Positions 38,872 to 49,924 of a stretch of DNA of 64,000 bases are shown piece by piece. A program made the position numbers and the translations under genes. Numbering within the stretch: the stretch's first letter is position 1; every line of letters begins with the position of its first letter. Source of the stretch: Candidatus Latescibacterota bacterium (lineage in GTDB: Bacteria > Latescibacterota > UBA2968 > UBA8231). Under the pieces are notes generated by a model that saw only the letters and a list, made by a program, of their open reading frames with translations, did not search any database and had not been told where the DNA came from. The stretch is from NCBI GenBank assembly GCA_965221775.1, contig CBDCSU010000006.1:640001-704000 (forward strand), given 5' to 3'.

Positions 38872-39918
38872 TCAGGGCGGTGGCTTGTGGACGCTCCCCC
38901 CGCAGGATTCGCGCACGATCAGGCGGGACTTGAGGACGGTCTCACGGCGCGTCTCCTCTCCCCGGAGCTTGGCCAGCATCAGTTCCATCGCCGCCTCGGC
39001 CAGTTCCTCATGGGGGATCTCGATCGTCGTCAGCGCCGGTTTGAGATACGCCGCCGCCCCGATATCCCCGCTCCCGATGACGGCTACATCCTCGGGAATG
39101 CCGAACCCCGCTTCCCGGAGCGCTCGACAGGCGCAGAGGGCCGTGTAGTCGTTGCGGCACACGAGGGCGGTGAACCGGTCGCCGAGAGACCTCCCCAGAC
39201 GGGAGGTAGGCATGGCGGGAAAGGTCTGTCCGGGTATGCGGTGGGGAGTGAGGCGATGCTTGCGCATCGCCTGCCAGTACCCCTTGGCCTTGGCGGAGCC
39301 CGTATTGTCCCGGTCCCACCTCGCTCCGATGAACCCGACCTGCTGGTGGCCCAGACGGATCAAGTGCTCCGTGGCCTCGTAGAATCCCGCCCTCTCGTCC
39401 AGCACGACACCACTCAGGTCCGGCATCGGGTGATGGAACGTCACCACCGGAACCCGTCCCCCCACGGCGCTCAGAATGCGCGCCCCCTCTCCTTCTTCTC
39501 CCCTGGTATGGATGAACAGACCGTCCACCCGCCGGGAGAGGAGCTGCTTGATCTGCCGAACGTCGGCGTTGCCGTGCTTCCCGGGAACACACATGGCGAT
39601 CAGCACCTGGTACCGCTGTCTTTCGGCCGCTCTCAGAATGTGATCGGCCTGGGGGCCGAAGGGCTCCCGCGAGATCTCGTAGGTGAGCAGGCCCATGGTG
39701 CTCGTCCGGCCCTTGACGATCCCCTGGGCGATCAGATTGGGATTGTAGTCCATGTCGGCAGCTACCCTCTTCACCAGTTTTCTGGTCTTGGCCGCCACCA
39801 GTGCCGACACCTTCGGATCCTGGGAGAGAGCCCGCGAGACGGTGGAGTACGAGATCCCGGACTCCCGCGCGATATCCTTGATGGTGACTTGCTTCTTTCC
39901 CGTCTGCTTCGATTCCAT
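38872..39918 (-). CDS. LacI-family transcriptional regulator
   Basis: TIKDIARESGISYSTVSRAL; YNPN; IPEDVAVIG; LIVRESC. Confidence 0.95.
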   Translation of the reverse strand: MESKQTGKKQVTIKDIARESGISYSTVSRALSQDPKVSALVAAKTRKLVKRVAADMDYNPNLIAQGIVKGRTSTMGLLTYEISREPFGPQADHILRAAERQRYQVLIAMCVPGKHGNADVRQIKQLLSRRVDGLFIHTRGEEGEGARILSAVGGRVPVVTFHHPMPDLSGVVLDERAGFYEATEHLIRLGHQQVGFIGARWDRDNTGSAKAKGYWQAMRKHRLTPHRIPGQTFPAMPTSRLGRSLGDRFTALVCRNDYTALCACRALREAGFGIPEDVAVIGSGDIGAAAYLKPALTTIEIPHEELAEAAMELMLAKLRGEETRRETVLKSRLIVRESCGGSVHKPPP

Positions 39919-40107
39919 TGGTCTCTGCCCGGAAGCCGGAACCTGCGCACCCGCCCTTGTCCCCAAGGGCTCAACTCGGGTTCCAAGGAACTAGGGGCCC
40001 GCCTATGGATGTCAAGGAACCGCCGCCCCACCCTCGGCAGAGGCGGCCGTCGATGTCCGTGGATCGCCGCGGCACCTGCCCCCCCGTCCCTTTCGCGGAT
40101 GGATGGG

Positions 40108-40277
40108 TGCCATCGTTTGCAGAGGGAAGCTGTTTCCGGAGGACCGTCTGGCCTCTCTTCCCGTCTGTCATCCGCCCTGTGAACGGAGGGCATACGATCG
40201 TTTGCACTCCCGTGCCGGCGCCGGGGCTCTCGCATACTCCTCACTCCCCTCGGGTCCCGTCGGTGCTATCGTTTGCA
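40108..40277. promoter_or_regulatory. Three LacI-type operators
   Basis: TGCCATCGTTTGCA(40108), TACGATCGTTTGCA(40193), TGCTATCGTTTGCA(40264). Confidence 0.7.
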
Positions 40278-41029
40278 CCTTTTTCCTTCCTCGCCGCCCT
40301 TTGCGTTGCGTGACCATTGCTCTCGGTACTGGAGACCTTGGGAGGAAACGATCCATGAACCAGCCCATGGGCTCCGCCCACGCGGACAGGCTCTGACTCA
40401 TCTCCCAGTTGTTCAACGGCGTCCTTCAGTCGATCCTGCCGCGGTCCCTGCTGTGCTGATCTGCTGTCGCCTGAGCGGTGTCCGTGCTCCAGCGGTCTCT
40501 ACCATGGCCTTGACGCGTTTGCAGGACATCAGAGCCTGCATCTTTTTGCGCTCCCTATCCAGAGGTGCCCACGGAGCCGAACTCTCCTTGGCCGTCTCAC
40601 CGGCCCCATTGAGGTCGTTGCTGTTGCTCCAATGACTGCGGGACCTCCTCGACAAGCTGGCCGCATGCTTCCTTCCGGCTCTTTGCCCTGGATGAGACTG
40701 CTCCTGGTCTGGACAGGCCTTCCGTTGCTTCGGTCACGTCCGAAACCCCTTCCCCTTGGCAACCCCTAGCCCAAGATACCCGGCTCCCCTAACCCCCGCA
40801 ATGAGCAGGGCCATCCGGTCATTTCGATGGACACCAGGAATTGGAACTGCACGATCCGGCCGACCGCGGAACACCGGGACGCACCATCTGCCTGGTGATG
40901 GAATCCCAAGGGAGTGCAACCGCCTGTCGGCACCCATCGGTCCTGCCGGCGGGCTCCTGACGAAGGATCCTCCCCGCGGCTATATTCAGTCGGCAGGGAC
41001 AGTACCGACCCACCGACGGGAGTCGAGCC

Positions 41030-41755
41030 TTGGAAGGGCTGGATCAGCGGCTGGACCAGCTGGAGCGCGACGGATTCCTCCTCCTGGAGGGCGTCCTCAC
41101 GCCGCAGGAGACGGACCACGTGCGGCGGCGCATCGACCACGCCCGCGAGCAGGGCTGGGAGGAGGGCCTGAACGAGGTCGGCAACATGTGGTTCGACACC
41201 CTCCTCGACCGCGAGCCGGAGAGCTTCGCCCCCCTGGTGGCGCATCCCGGCCTGCGCCCCGTGCTCGAAGGCATGATGGGGCCCCAGTGCCAGTTGCGCA
41301 GCTTCCGGGCCCACATCAATCCCGGGGCCTACGTGCAGGAATGGCACATGGACTTCTACGGCTACTGGCGGGAGCGGCGGCGGCTGGGGGCGCGGCTGGC
41401 GGTTCCGCCGGCGGGCCTGAACACCACCTTCTACCTGCAGGACAACGACCCGGGCGAGGGGCACCTCAAGTTCATCCGGAACGGCCACCTCGCGGAGCCG
41501 CCCCACCTGGAGCCGATGGACCGGCCTAAGTTCGAGGCCTGGTGCGAGGCGCAGGAGCACGTGGTCCTCTATCCGAAGGCCGGCGACTGCGTCGTCTTTC
41601 TGAGCCACATCCCCCACCAGGGAGCCAAGGAGCGCGACGACATGGAGCGCTCCAACGTGGTCTGCCACTACCAGGTGACGCCGATGCACGAGAGCGTCTG
41701 GTTCGTGTCGCGGCCCCGGGGCTACCTGGGCACCTTCCCCCTGGCCCACAGTTGA
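41030..41755 (+). CDS. Phytanoyl-CoA dioxygenase family protein
   Basis: RDGFLLLEGVL, WHMD (HxD), AGDCVVF...PH. Confidence 0.88.
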   Translation: MEGLDQRLDQLERDGFLLLEGVLTPQETDHVRRRIDHAREQGWEEGLNEVGNMWFDTLLDREPESFAPLVAHPGLRPVLEGMMGPQCQLRSFRAHINPGAYVQEWHMDFYGYWRERRRLGARLAVPPAGLNTTFYLQDNDPGEGHLKFIRNGHLAEPPHLEPMDRPKFEAWCEAQEHVVLYPKAGDCVVFLSHIPHQGAKERDDMERSNVVCHYQVTPMHESVWFVSRPRGYLGTFPLAHS

Positions 41756-41765
41756 GGAGCGAACC

Positions 41766-42290
41766 ATGCGTTGCACACGATCGAACCCTCTGACCGCCTT
41801 CGCCGCCATCGCCGCGGTTTCCCTTCTTGCCGGCTGCGCTTCCGAGCCGGTGGAGGAGCCGCCCGCCGCCGAGACCCCCGCCGCCGCGCCGGCCGAGGCC
41901 GCGTACGACCCGCAGCGCTTCGACGACCGCCCCGCCGGCGTGGTCCGCGCCTACCTGCAGGCCCAGGACGCCCTCGCCCACGACCGCTTCGACGAGGCCG
42001 CCGCGGCCCTGACAGCCCTCGCCGGGCACGCCCCCGACGACCTGCGCCCCCTGGCCGAGTCGGCGGCGCAGACCGCGGACCTGGCCGGCGCGCGTCTCGC
42101 CTTCCGGGACCTGTCGGCGAAGCTGATCGAGTCGCCCCTGCCCGAGGGGCTGGGCGTGGCCTTCTGCCCCATGGCCTTCGACAACGAGGGCGGCCGCTGG
42201 ATCCAGTCGGAGGGTGAGATCATGAACCCCTACTACGGGGCCGCCATGCTGCGCTGCGGCGTCTTCGAGGGCGCCGACGAAAGCGGCTGA
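41766..42290 (+). CDS. DUF3347-like metal-binding lipoprotein
   Basis: LAGC lipobox; CPMA..N.G..W; NPYYGAAMLRCG. Confidence 0.85.
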   Translation: MRCTRSNPLTAFAAIAAVSLLAGCASEPVEEPPAAETPAAAPAEAAYDPQRFDDRPAGVVRAYLQAQDALAHDRFDEAAAALTALAGHAPDDLRPLAESAAQTADLAGARLAFRDLSAKLIESPLPEGLGVAFCPMAFDNEGGRWIQSEGEIMNPYYGAAMLRCGVFEGADESG

Positions 42291-42295
42291 GCCGC

Positions 42296-43138
42296 GTGCG
42301 CATCGCCTACGGCACCTACGCCATGCCGGACATGCCCCTCGAGGAGGCGGCGCCGCTGCTGGCGGAGATCGGCTACGACGGGGTCGAGGTCTGCGCCGGC
42401 CCGCGCCACGCCGCCTCCATGCCCGAGGAGATGGACGCCGGCCGGCGGCGGAGACTGCGCGAGCTGCTCCGGCGGCTGGGCCTCGGCATCCCGGCGGTGT
42501 TCACCCTCGGCCACGTGCTCGCCGAGGACGAGGACGGCCACCGGCGCACGCGGGAGCACGTGCGGCGCTGCGCCGGGCTCGCCCGCGACCTGGGCGCCGC
42601 GGCGCCCGTGGTGGCCCTCGGCATCGGCGGCCGCAGCGACCAGTGGGAGGACGTGAAGGGCCGGATCGTCGATCAACTCGGCGACTACGGGCGGCTGGCG
42701 CGGGAAGAGGGCTTTCTCTTCGCCGGGGAGGCCCACTGCGGCGCCGCCGTCGACCGCTCGGAGCGCGCCCTGTGGGCGATCGAGAGCGTCGGCAGCCCGG
42801 CGGTGCGCCTGCACTTCGACATCGTCCACTTCTACCTGGCGGGCGAGGACGAGACCGGGGCCGTGGAGCGGCTGCTGCCGATCACCGGCCACACCCACGT
42901 CACGGACGCCCGCAGGCACGGCGACGGCCGCTTCGACCTGCTGCTCCTCGGAGAGGGGGACCTCGACGCGGCGGCCTACGTGAAGGCCATGGCCGCGGGC
43001 GGCTGGGAAAGCTACCTCACCCTGGAGGTGAGCGGCCGCATCTGGGGGCGGGACGACTACGACGCGGCAGCCGCCGCCCGAACCAGCTACGCCTCGATGA
43101 CCCGGGCCTTCGACGAGGCGGGCGTCGAGCGGGGATGA
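42296..43138 (+). CDS. Sugar phosphate isomerase/epimerase
   Basis: IGYDGVE, FDIVH, HTHVTD, TLEV. Confidence 0.85.
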   Translation: MRIAYGTYAMPDMPLEEAAPLLAEIGYDGVEVCAGPRHAASMPEEMDAGRRRRLRELLRRLGLGIPAVFTLGHVLAEDEDGHRRTREHVRRCAGLARDLGAAAPVVALGIGGRSDQWEDVKGRIVDQLGDYGRLAREEGFLFAGEAHCGAAVDRSERALWAIESVGSPAVRLHFDIVHFYLAGEDETGAVERLLPITGHTHVTDARRHGDGRFDLLLLGEGDLDAAAYVKAMAAGGWESYLTLEVSGRIWGRDDYDAAAAARTSYASMTRAFDEAGVERG

Positions 43139-44064
43139 GATTGTTCTCGGTCGGCGAGGAGGCGGTGGCCCTGCCCGCCGGGGCCTCCGCCCACAGCCGC
43201 CGCACCGACGTCCGCTGCCGGGGCCGCCACCTCTTCTCCCTTAGCCAGGGCCCCTTCCGCGCCTACCTCTATCCGGTGTACACCCCCTCCGGCGTGCCCG
43301 TCACCTCCGAGAGTCCCGTCGACCACCCCCACCACAACTCGGTGTGGATCGCCGCCGACCGCGTCGTGGCGGAGCTGCCCTTCGCCGGCGGCGACCACGA
43401 GCCGGGGACCTACAACTTCTACGTGAACGACACCTTCCAGGGGCGGGCCCCCGGTCGCATCGAGGCCGTCGGCCTGGAGCACGAAGAGCGCGCCGAGGGA
43501 TACCTGCGGCTGACCCGGCGGCTGCAGTGGCGCGGGCCCCGGGAGTGGGGCGCCCCCGAGGGGCGGACCGTGGCCACCGAGGAGCGCCTCATCGACGTGC
43601 GCCCCCTGGATGGGGCCAACGTCATCGACGTGCGCTCGCGCCTGTCGCCCACGGAGTGGGATCTGCGGATCGGCCCCACGCGCCACGCCTGGTTCGGCGT
43701 GCGCTTGGCCGAGGGCCTGCGGCCGAGCCACGGAGGGCAGGTGACGGACTCGGCGGGGCGGCGCGGACCCGCGGCCGTGAGCGGGAGCGTGTCCGACTGG
43801 GTGGATTGCTCCGGTCCCGCCGGCGGGGGACGAACCGCGGGCGTGGCTCTCATGCCCCACGGCGACACCGCCGGCCACCCCTGGTACGTCACCGAATGGG
43901 GCACCCTGACGGTGAATCCCTGCGCCGCCGCGGCCGTGACCGTGGAGCGCGGCTCCGAATTCGCATCCGGCCTGCGCCTGGTCGTCCACGATGGCGGGGC
44001 GGAGGCCGCCGACCTGCCGGGACACCACCGGCGCATCGAGGAGGAGGTGGAAGCAGATGGCTGA
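43135..44064 (+). CDS. DUF6807/PmoA-like family protein
   Basis: YLYPVYTPSG.PVT, DHPHH, WVDCSG. Confidence 0.8.
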   Translation: MRLFSVGEEAVALPAGASAHSRRTDVRCRGRHLFSLSQGPFRAYLYPVYTPSGVPVTSESPVDHPHHNSVWIAADRVVAELPFAGGDHEPGTYNFYVNDTFQGRAPGRIEAVGLEHEERAEGYLRLTRRLQWRGPREWGAPEGRTVATEERLIDVRPLDGANVIDVRSRLSPTEWDLRIGPTRHAWFGVRLAEGLRPSHGGQVTDSAGRRGPAAVSGSVSDWVDCSGPAGGGRTAGVALMPHGDTAGHPWYVTEWGTLTVNPCAAAAVTVERGSEFASGLRLVVHDGGAEAADLPGHHRRIEEEVEADG

Positions 44065-44839
44065 GCGGATCGCCCGCTTCGAGCACGACGGCCGCGAGGG
44101 CTACGGGGTCCTCGCCGGCGACGACACGCTGGACCTGCTCGAGGGTCCCGGCTACGACGGACTGCACCGCACCGGAGAGCAGGTCTCTCTCGCCGGCGTG
44201 CGCCTGCTGGCGCCGGTGGCGAACCCGCGCCTCATCGGGGTGGGCCTCAACTACGCCGAGCACGCCGCCGAGAGCGGTCTCCCCGAGCCGGAGCAGCCGA
44301 TGCTCTTCCACCTGCCGACGACGGCGGTCTGCAACCCCGGCGACGACATCGTCTACCCGAGGCAGGGCCGCGTCGTCCACTACGAGGGCGAGTTGGCCGT
44401 CGTCATCGGCGCCGCCGCCCGGCGCGTCTCCGCCGACCGGGCCCTCGACCACGTCTTCGGGTACACCATCGGCAATGACGTGAGCGAGCGCGTCATCCAG
44501 AAGGCGGAGATGGCCAACGGCTGCCTGCTCATCGGCAAGGGCTTCGACACCTTCAAGCCGCTGGGCCCCTGGATCGCCACCGGCCTCGACCCCTCGGACC
44601 TGCAGCTGACGACCCGCCTCAACGGGCAGGTGGTGCAGTCCACGTCGACGGCGGACCTCATCTTCACGGTGGCCGAGCTGATCGAGTATCTCAGCGCCGC
44701 CGTCACCCTGCTCCCCGGCGACGTGATCATGACCGGCACTCCCTCCGGCGTCGGCGAGGTGCAGCCGGGCGACGTGGTGGAGATCGAGATCGAAGGGATC
44801 GGCATGCTGCGGAACCCGGTGGCGGCGGAGCCGGGCTGA
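44057..44839 (+). CDS. Fumarylacetoacetate hydrolase family protein
   Basis: GLNY..HA, YEGELAVVIG, NDVSER, KGFDTF.PLGP, TGTP.G. Confidence 0.93.
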   Translation: MAERIARFEHDGREGYGVLAGDDTLDLLEGPGYDGLHRTGEQVSLAGVRLLAPVANPRLIGVGLNYAEHAAESGLPEPEQPMLFHLPTTAVCNPGDDIVYPRQGRVVHYEGELAVVIGAAARRVSADRALDHVFGYTIGNDVSERVIQKAEMANGCLLIGKGFDTFKPLGPWIATGLDPSDLQLTTRLNGQVVQSTSTADLIFTVAELIEYLSAAVTLLPGDVIMTGTPSGVGEVQPGDVVEIEIEGIGMLRNPVAAEPG

Positions 44840-44969
44840 TCCACCGGCATCACGGGAAAAACCAACACCGCAGATCGCAGAACGTTCTTACACTTGTCGT
44901 GTACGGTCACGACAGGTGGAAGCACTCAGGACGCGCCGGCAGCACCCGGCGTGGACAGGAGGACAGGTG

Positions 44970-47900
44970 ATGGACCCCACGAATCCGGCCGACACTCGTC
45001 GCACGCGTATCACGGGCACACTGTTCCTGGCGGCCTGGGTGGCCGCCGGTCCGGCGGCCGCCGGACCCCAACTCGAGGGCCGGGTGCGGCTGCCCTCCGG
45101 CGAACCCGCCGCCGGGGCGCAGGTGCGGCTCTTCGATCTCACCGATCTGCGAGCGGCTCCCCTGACGGCGGCCACGGATGCGTCCGGCCGTTTCCAGCTG
45201 TCTCTGCGGGCCTCGCCCACGAGACTGGCCGTGCCGGATCACTACGGCCTGGGGGCGAACTATCCCAATCCCTTCAACCCTTCCACGGTGATCCCGTACC
45301 AACTGCCGGCCGCGACCGAGGTGAGGCTGGAAGTCTTCAACATCCTGGGACAACAGGTGACGACGCTGGTCGACGGCGTGCGGCCCCCCGGCTATCACAC
45401 GGTCCGCTGGGACGCCACCGATGCCGCCGGGCGCGCGGTGGCCGCCGGGGTCTATCTCTACCGGCTGCAAGGCGGCGGTGTCAGCCTGACGGAACGCATG
45501 GTGCTGATCGACGGACAGGCGGGCCTTGCCGCCGCCTCGACAGAGCGGAGCGGCCTCGCGGGAGTGGACGGGTCTCCGGTGTACGGCCTCACCGTCTCGG
45601 GCCGCGGCCTGGTCCCCCATGTCGACCCCGCCTTCCCGGTGTCGCACGCCGCGGCTCCGGTCGAGCTGGTGGTGCAAGCCTCGAACCAGGCCCCGCGGGC
45701 CAGGGCCGCCACCACGGAGACCGGGAGACTGCTGGGCGACGTGGACAACAACCGCCGCGTCGATCTCGCCGACGCCCTGCTGGTGCTTGTGTACAGCAGC
45801 GACCCGTCGACGGTGATGCCCAACGACGGCGACGTCTCCCTGGGCGACGTCAACGCCGACGGCAGGGTCGACCTCGCCGACGCCTGGCTGATCGCCACGT
45901 ACAGCATCGACCCGACCGATCCGCGGCTGCCGGCCGGGATCGGCGCGCTGGTGGGCTCGGCGACGGCGAGCGGACTGTTGAAGATCTACTGGACGGATCG
46001 GGGCACCGACAAGATCCAGCGTTCCAACCTCGACGGGTCCGAGGTCGAGGACGTGGTCACCGGACTGACCGATCCCGCCGGACTGGTGGTCGACGAGGCC
46101 GCGGGCAAGATCTACTGGACCGACTGGGGCACCGACAAGATCCAGCGCGCCAACCTCGACGGCTCACGGGTCGAAGACGTGCTCACCGAGTTGGGCGATC
46201 CCTATGCGCTGGCCCTGGATGCGGCCGGGGGCAGGATCTACTGGACCGAGTGGGACCCGGACAAGATCCGGCGCGCCAACCTCGACGGGTCCGAGGTCGA
46301 GGATCTGGTCACCGGGCTGACCGATCCCGCCGGACTCGCACTCGACCTGGCCGGGGAGAGGATGTACTGGACGGACTGGGGCTCCGACAAGATCCAGCGT
46401 GCCAAGCTGAACGGCTCACAGGTCGAGGATCTGGTCACCGAACTGACCGATCCCGCCGGACTGGCCCTGGACGTGGCCGAGGGCAAGATCTACTGGACGG
46501 ACTGGGGCTCCGACAAGATCCAGCGCTCCAACCTGGACGGGTCACAGGTCGAAGACCTCGTCACCGAGGTGGCCTCTCCCTGGAGCCTGGCCCTGGACGT
46601 GGCCGGGAGGAAGGTGTACTGGTCCGATGACGGGACCGACAAGATCCAACGGGCCAACCTCGACGGATCGCAGGTCGAGGACCTTGTCGACCAGGGCCTC
46701 GACACTCCACGCGGAATCGCCCTGGGTGGAATCCGGGCCCGGATGTACTGGGCGGACTGGACCACCGACAAGATTCAACGCGGCCATCTCGACGGCTCCG
46801 GTGTGGAAGACCTGGTCGACACCGCCCTGGTCAGCCCCTACGGCATGGCGGTGGACAAGGCCGGCGGCAAGGTGTACTGGACCGACTTCGGCACCGACCG
46901 GATCCAGCGTTCCAACCTCGACGGCTCCGAGGTCGAAGCCCTGGTCACCGAGGGACTGACCACCCCCGCAGGCATCGCCCTGGATGTCGCCCGCAGCCAG
47001 ATGTACTGGACCGACCGGGGGAGCGACAAGATCCAACGGTCCCAGTTCGACGGCTCCGAGGTGGAAGACCTGATCACCTCCGGCTTGCGCTCCCCCGACG
47101 GGCTGGCCCTGGACGTGGCCGGCGGCAAGATGTACTGGACCGACTTCGGAACCGACAGGATCCGGCGCGCCAACCTCGACGGCTCCCAGGTCGAAGACCT
47201 CGTCACCACGGGACTGACCAGCCCCGCGGGGCTGGCCCTGGACGTGGGCGACGGCAAGATGTACTGGTCCGACTTCGGAACCGACAAGATCCAGCGCGCC
47301 AACCTCGACGGATCGCAGGTCGAAGACCTCGTCACCACGGGACTGCGCATGCCCCGGGGGCTGGCGGTGGACGCCGCGGAGAGCAAGGTCTACTGGGCGG
47401 ACCCGGTCGCCGACAAGATCCAACGCGCCAACCTCGACGGCTCCCAGGTCGAAGACCTCGTCACCGACCTGGAGGGACCCGTATGGGTTGCCCTCGACAG
47501 GCCCGCGGAACTGGCGGATCACGGCGACACCCGCTCGGTGGCGACCCTGGTGGCTCCGGGCAGTTCCATACAAGGCGAGTTGGTACCCGATGACGTCGAC
47601 TACTTCCGCGTCCAGGTCCGCCGGGTGGGGATCCTGGCCGCCTGGGCCACGGGCGATCAGGACACCCACGGCTCCATCGAGGACAGCACGGGCACCGTCG
47701 TCGCCAGCAACGACGACTCGGGAGCAGGGCCAAACTTCCATGTGGTGGCTGTCGTGGATCCCGGCACGTACTACATCCGGGTCCGGGGCTTCGCCAATGC
47801 CGAGACCGGCCCCTATACCCTGCATGTGGCAACGGACCCGCACGGCGACAGCCGGGAAGAGGCGACTCTCGTCTCCGTGGGAAGCTCGACCCTGGGCGCC

Positions 47901-48155
47901 TTGGAACCTGGTGACATCGACTTCTTCCAGATCGACCTCGACGCGGCCTACACCGTGGTCGCCTATTCGTCCGGCGACCTCGACACCTTCGGCTACATCG
48001 TGGACGGTGCGGGGACGATTCTCGCCAGGGACGACGATGCCGGAGAAGGGTCGAACTTCCGGGTAAGGGCCTCCCTTCAGGCCGGCACCTACTACATCCA
48101 GGTCGAAGGCCTGAACCAGGATGAAACCGGCCCCTACACACTGGAGGTGAGGTAG
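44970..48155 (+). CDS. Secreted modular protein: FlgD-like, dockerin-like, 12 LDL-receptor YWTD repeats, two PPC-like domains
   Basis: NYPNPFNP; GDVDNN/GDVNADG; 12 YW[TSA][DE] repeats of ~42-43 aa; two DxDxF..DD.G.G.NF..GTYYI domains. Confidence 0.88.
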   Translation: MDPTNPADTRRTRITGTLFLAAWVAAGPAAAGPQLEGRVRLPSGEPAAGAQVRLFDLTDLRAAPLTAATDASGRFQLSLRASPTRLAVPDHYGLGANYPNPFNPSTVIPYQLPAATEVRLEVFNILGQQVTTLVDGVRPPGYHTVRWDATDAAGRAVAAGVYLYRLQGGGVSLTERMVLIDGQAGLAAASTERSGLAGVDGSPVYGLTVSGRGLVPHVDPAFPVSHAAAPVELVVQASNQAPRARAATTETGRLLGDVDNNRRVDLADALLVLVYSSDPSTVMPNDGDVSLGDVNADGRVDLADAWLIATYSIDPTDPRLPAGIGALVGSATASGLLKIYWTDRGTDKIQRSNLDGSEVEDVVTGLTDPAGLVVDEAAGKIYWTDWGTDKIQRANLDGSRVEDVLTELGDPYALALDAAGGRIYWTEWDPDKIRRANLDGSEVEDLVTGLTDPAGLALDLAGERMYWTDWGSDKIQRAKLNGSQVEDLVTELTDPAGLALDVAEGKIYWTDWGSDKIQRSNLDGSQVEDLVTEVASPWSLALDVAGRKVYWSDDGTDKIQRANLDGSQVEDLVDQGLDTPRGIALGGIRARMYWADWTTDKIQRGHLDGSGVEDLVDTALVSPYGMAVDKAGGKVYWTDFGTDRIQRSNLDGSEVEALVTEGLTTPAGIALDVARSQMYWTDRGSDKIQRSQFDGSEVEDLITSGLRSPDGLALDVAGGKMYWTDFGTDRIRRANLDGSQVEDLVTTGLTSPAGLALDVGDGKMYWSDFGTDKIQRANLDGSQVEDLVTTGLRMPRGLAVDAAESKVYWADPVADKIQRANLDGSQVEDLVTDLEGPVWVALDRPAELADHGDTRSVATLVAPGSSIQGELVPDDVDYFRVQVRRVGILAAWATGDQDTHGSIEDSTGTVVASNDDSGAGPNFHVVAVVDPGTYYIRVRGFANAETGPYTLHVATDPHGDSREEATLVSVGSSTLGALEPGDIDFFQIDLDAAYTVVAYSSGDLDTFGYIVDGAGTILARDDDAGEGSNFRVRASLQAGTYYIQVEGLNQDETGPYTLEVR

Positions 48156-48169
48156 GGGCGGCCTTCACT

Positions 48170-48943
48170 TCAGGAGCCGGCCGCCACCTCCGCCACCACC
48201 GGGGCGTGGTCGGAGGGCTTGGTCCACCTCCGGGGCTCGCGGTCGATGCGGCAGGAGGTGCACCGGCCGCGCAGGGCCTCCGAGAGCAGGATGTGGTCGA
48301 TGCGCAACCCGCGGTTGCGGCGGAAGGCGCCCATGCGGTAGTCCCACCAGGAGAAGGTCTCCTCTTCCTGGGGGAAGAGCCGGAAGGCGTCGGTCAGGCC
48401 GGCGGACAGCAGCCGCGTGAAGGCCTCGCGCTCGGCGTCGGAGAACAGCACCGAGTCGGCCCACAGGGCGGGATCGTGCACGTCCCGGTCCTCGGGGGCC
48501 ACGTTGAAGTCGCCCACCACCACCAGGCGCTCGTGCCGGGTCAGCTGGTCCTCCACATAATCCCGGCAGCGGCCCAGCCACTCCAGCTTGTAGGCGTACT
48601 TGTCGGAGCCCACGCTCTGGCCGTTGGGCACGTACAGGTTCAGGAGGCGAAGCCCCCCCACCGTGGCGCCGAGCACCCGCCGCTGCGGGTCCTCCATGCC
48701 CGGCAGGTCGGTGACCACGTCGGCCGCCGGCTCGCGGCTCAGAAGCGCGACGCCGTTGTAGGCCTTCTGGCCGCTGAAGGCGGCGCGGTACCCGGCCTCC
48801 TCCAACTCCGCCGCGGGAAAGACCTCGTCCACGACCTTGGTCTCCTGCAGCCCCATCAGGTCCGGCGCCTCGGCCTCCAGCCACTGCAGCAGCTGCGGCA
48901 GCCGCACCTTGATGGAGTTCACGTTCCAGGTGGCGATCTTCAT
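48170..48943 (-). CDS. xth: Exodeoxyribonuclease III
   Basis: [37 protein letters not shown]. Confidence 0.97.
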   Translation of the reverse strand: MKIATWNVNSIKVRLPQLLQWLEAEAPDLMGLQETKVVDEVFPAAELEEAGYRAAFSGQKAYNGVALLSREPAADVVTDLPGMEDPQRRVLGATVGGLRLLNLYVPNGQSVGSDKYAYKLEWLGRCRDYVEDQLTRHERLVVVGDFNVAPEDRDVHDPALWADSVLFSDAEREAFTRLLSAGLTDAFRLFPQEEETFSWWDYRMGAFRRNRGLRIDHILLSEALRGRCTSCRIDREPRRWTKPSDHAPVVAEVAAGS

Positions 48944-49890
48944 ACGGCCCCTTGGTGCGCCCGGGTGAGCAGCTCCTCCACCTCCGGGCGCCGCGGCATC
49001 GAGTCCTGCACGCCGGGGCGGGTCACGGCCAGGGCGCCGGCGGCGGCGGCAAAGGTCATGGCCTCGCGCAGGCTCCCGCCCTCGGCCAGGGCCACGGCGA
49101 GAGCGCCGTGGAAGGCGTCTCCCGCGGAGGTGGTGTCCACGGCTTCGACGGCAAAGGGCGGGACCCATCCCTCCTCATCCGCGGTCCGGTAGTACGCACC
49201 CAGCTCCGCCATCTTGATCACCGCCGCCGGCGCCCCCCGCTCCATCAGCAGGCCCGCGGCCCGGGAGGCGGACTCCGCGTCGTCGACGGCAACCCCCACC
49301 AAGTGCTCCGCCTCCGTCTGGTTCGGCGCGATGATGTCGAAGGCCGCGAAGGCCTCGGCGGGGATGTCGGCCGCCGGCGCCGGGTCGAGGATGACGCGGA
49401 CCCCCCGGTCCCTGGCGGCTCTCGCCGCCCTCACGGATACATCGAAGGGGATCTCCATCTGCAGCAGCAGCACGTCGGTCTCCGGGAGGGCGGCCTCCAC
49501 CGCCCGCAGCTGCTCGCCGCCGCAGCGCAGGTTGGCGCCGTACGTCGCCAGGACCCGGTTCTGGCCGCGGCCGTCGACGAGGATGACACCCACCCCGGAG
49601 GCCGCTTCCCCGTCGACGGCGACGTCCGCGGTGTCGACCCCGTGGGAGCGCAGGGACTCCAGGAGGGCCGGACCGAAGAGGTCGCCGCCGACGCGTCCCA
49701 CCATGCGGACACGCGCACCCAGGAGGGAGGCAGCCACCGCCTGGGTCGCCCCCTTGCCGCCGGGGGAGCTGTAGAAGCGCTCGCCGCGCAGGGTCTGCCC
49801 CGGGGCCGGCAGGGCTTCGGCGCGGGTGATCAGGCCCATGTTGATGCCGCCGAGGACCAGGACACGGGGAGAGGAAGGCGAGGCGGTCAC
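48940..49890 (-). CDS. rbsK: Ribokinase
   Basis: [24 protein letters not shown]. Confidence 0.88.
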   Translation of the reverse strand: MTASPSSPRVLVLGGINMGLITRAEALPAPGQTLRGERFYSSPGGKGATQAVAASLLGARVRMVGRVGGDLFGPALLESLRSHGVDTADVAVDGEAASGVGVILVDGRGQNRVLATYGANLRCGGEQLRAVEAALPETDVLLLQMEIPFDVSVRAARAARDRGVRVILDPAPAADIPAEAFAAFDIIAPNQTEAEHLVGVAVDDAESASRAAGLLMERGAPAAVIKMAELGAYYRTADEEGWVPPFAVEAVDTTSAGDAFHGALAVALAEGGSLREAMTFAAAAGALAVTRPGVQDSMPRRPEVEELLTRAHQGAV

Positions 49891-49924
49891 GAGGAGGGCC
49901 CGGCAAGGGAGTGGCGGCGCGGGT

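Noticed and set aside
40413-40762. Possible transposase remnant (RVKAMVE)
   Set aside because: Too little similarity; no DDE motif or inverted repeats visible.
43135-44064. Methane monooxygenase PmoA
   Set aside because: Soluble DUF6807-type protein with no TM helices and no pmoB/C; the family name is misleading.
45980-47500. ~126-129-bp DNA repeats as a CRISPR array or DGR
   Set aside because: In-frame YWTD coding repeats; no spacers, cas genes or reverse transcriptase.
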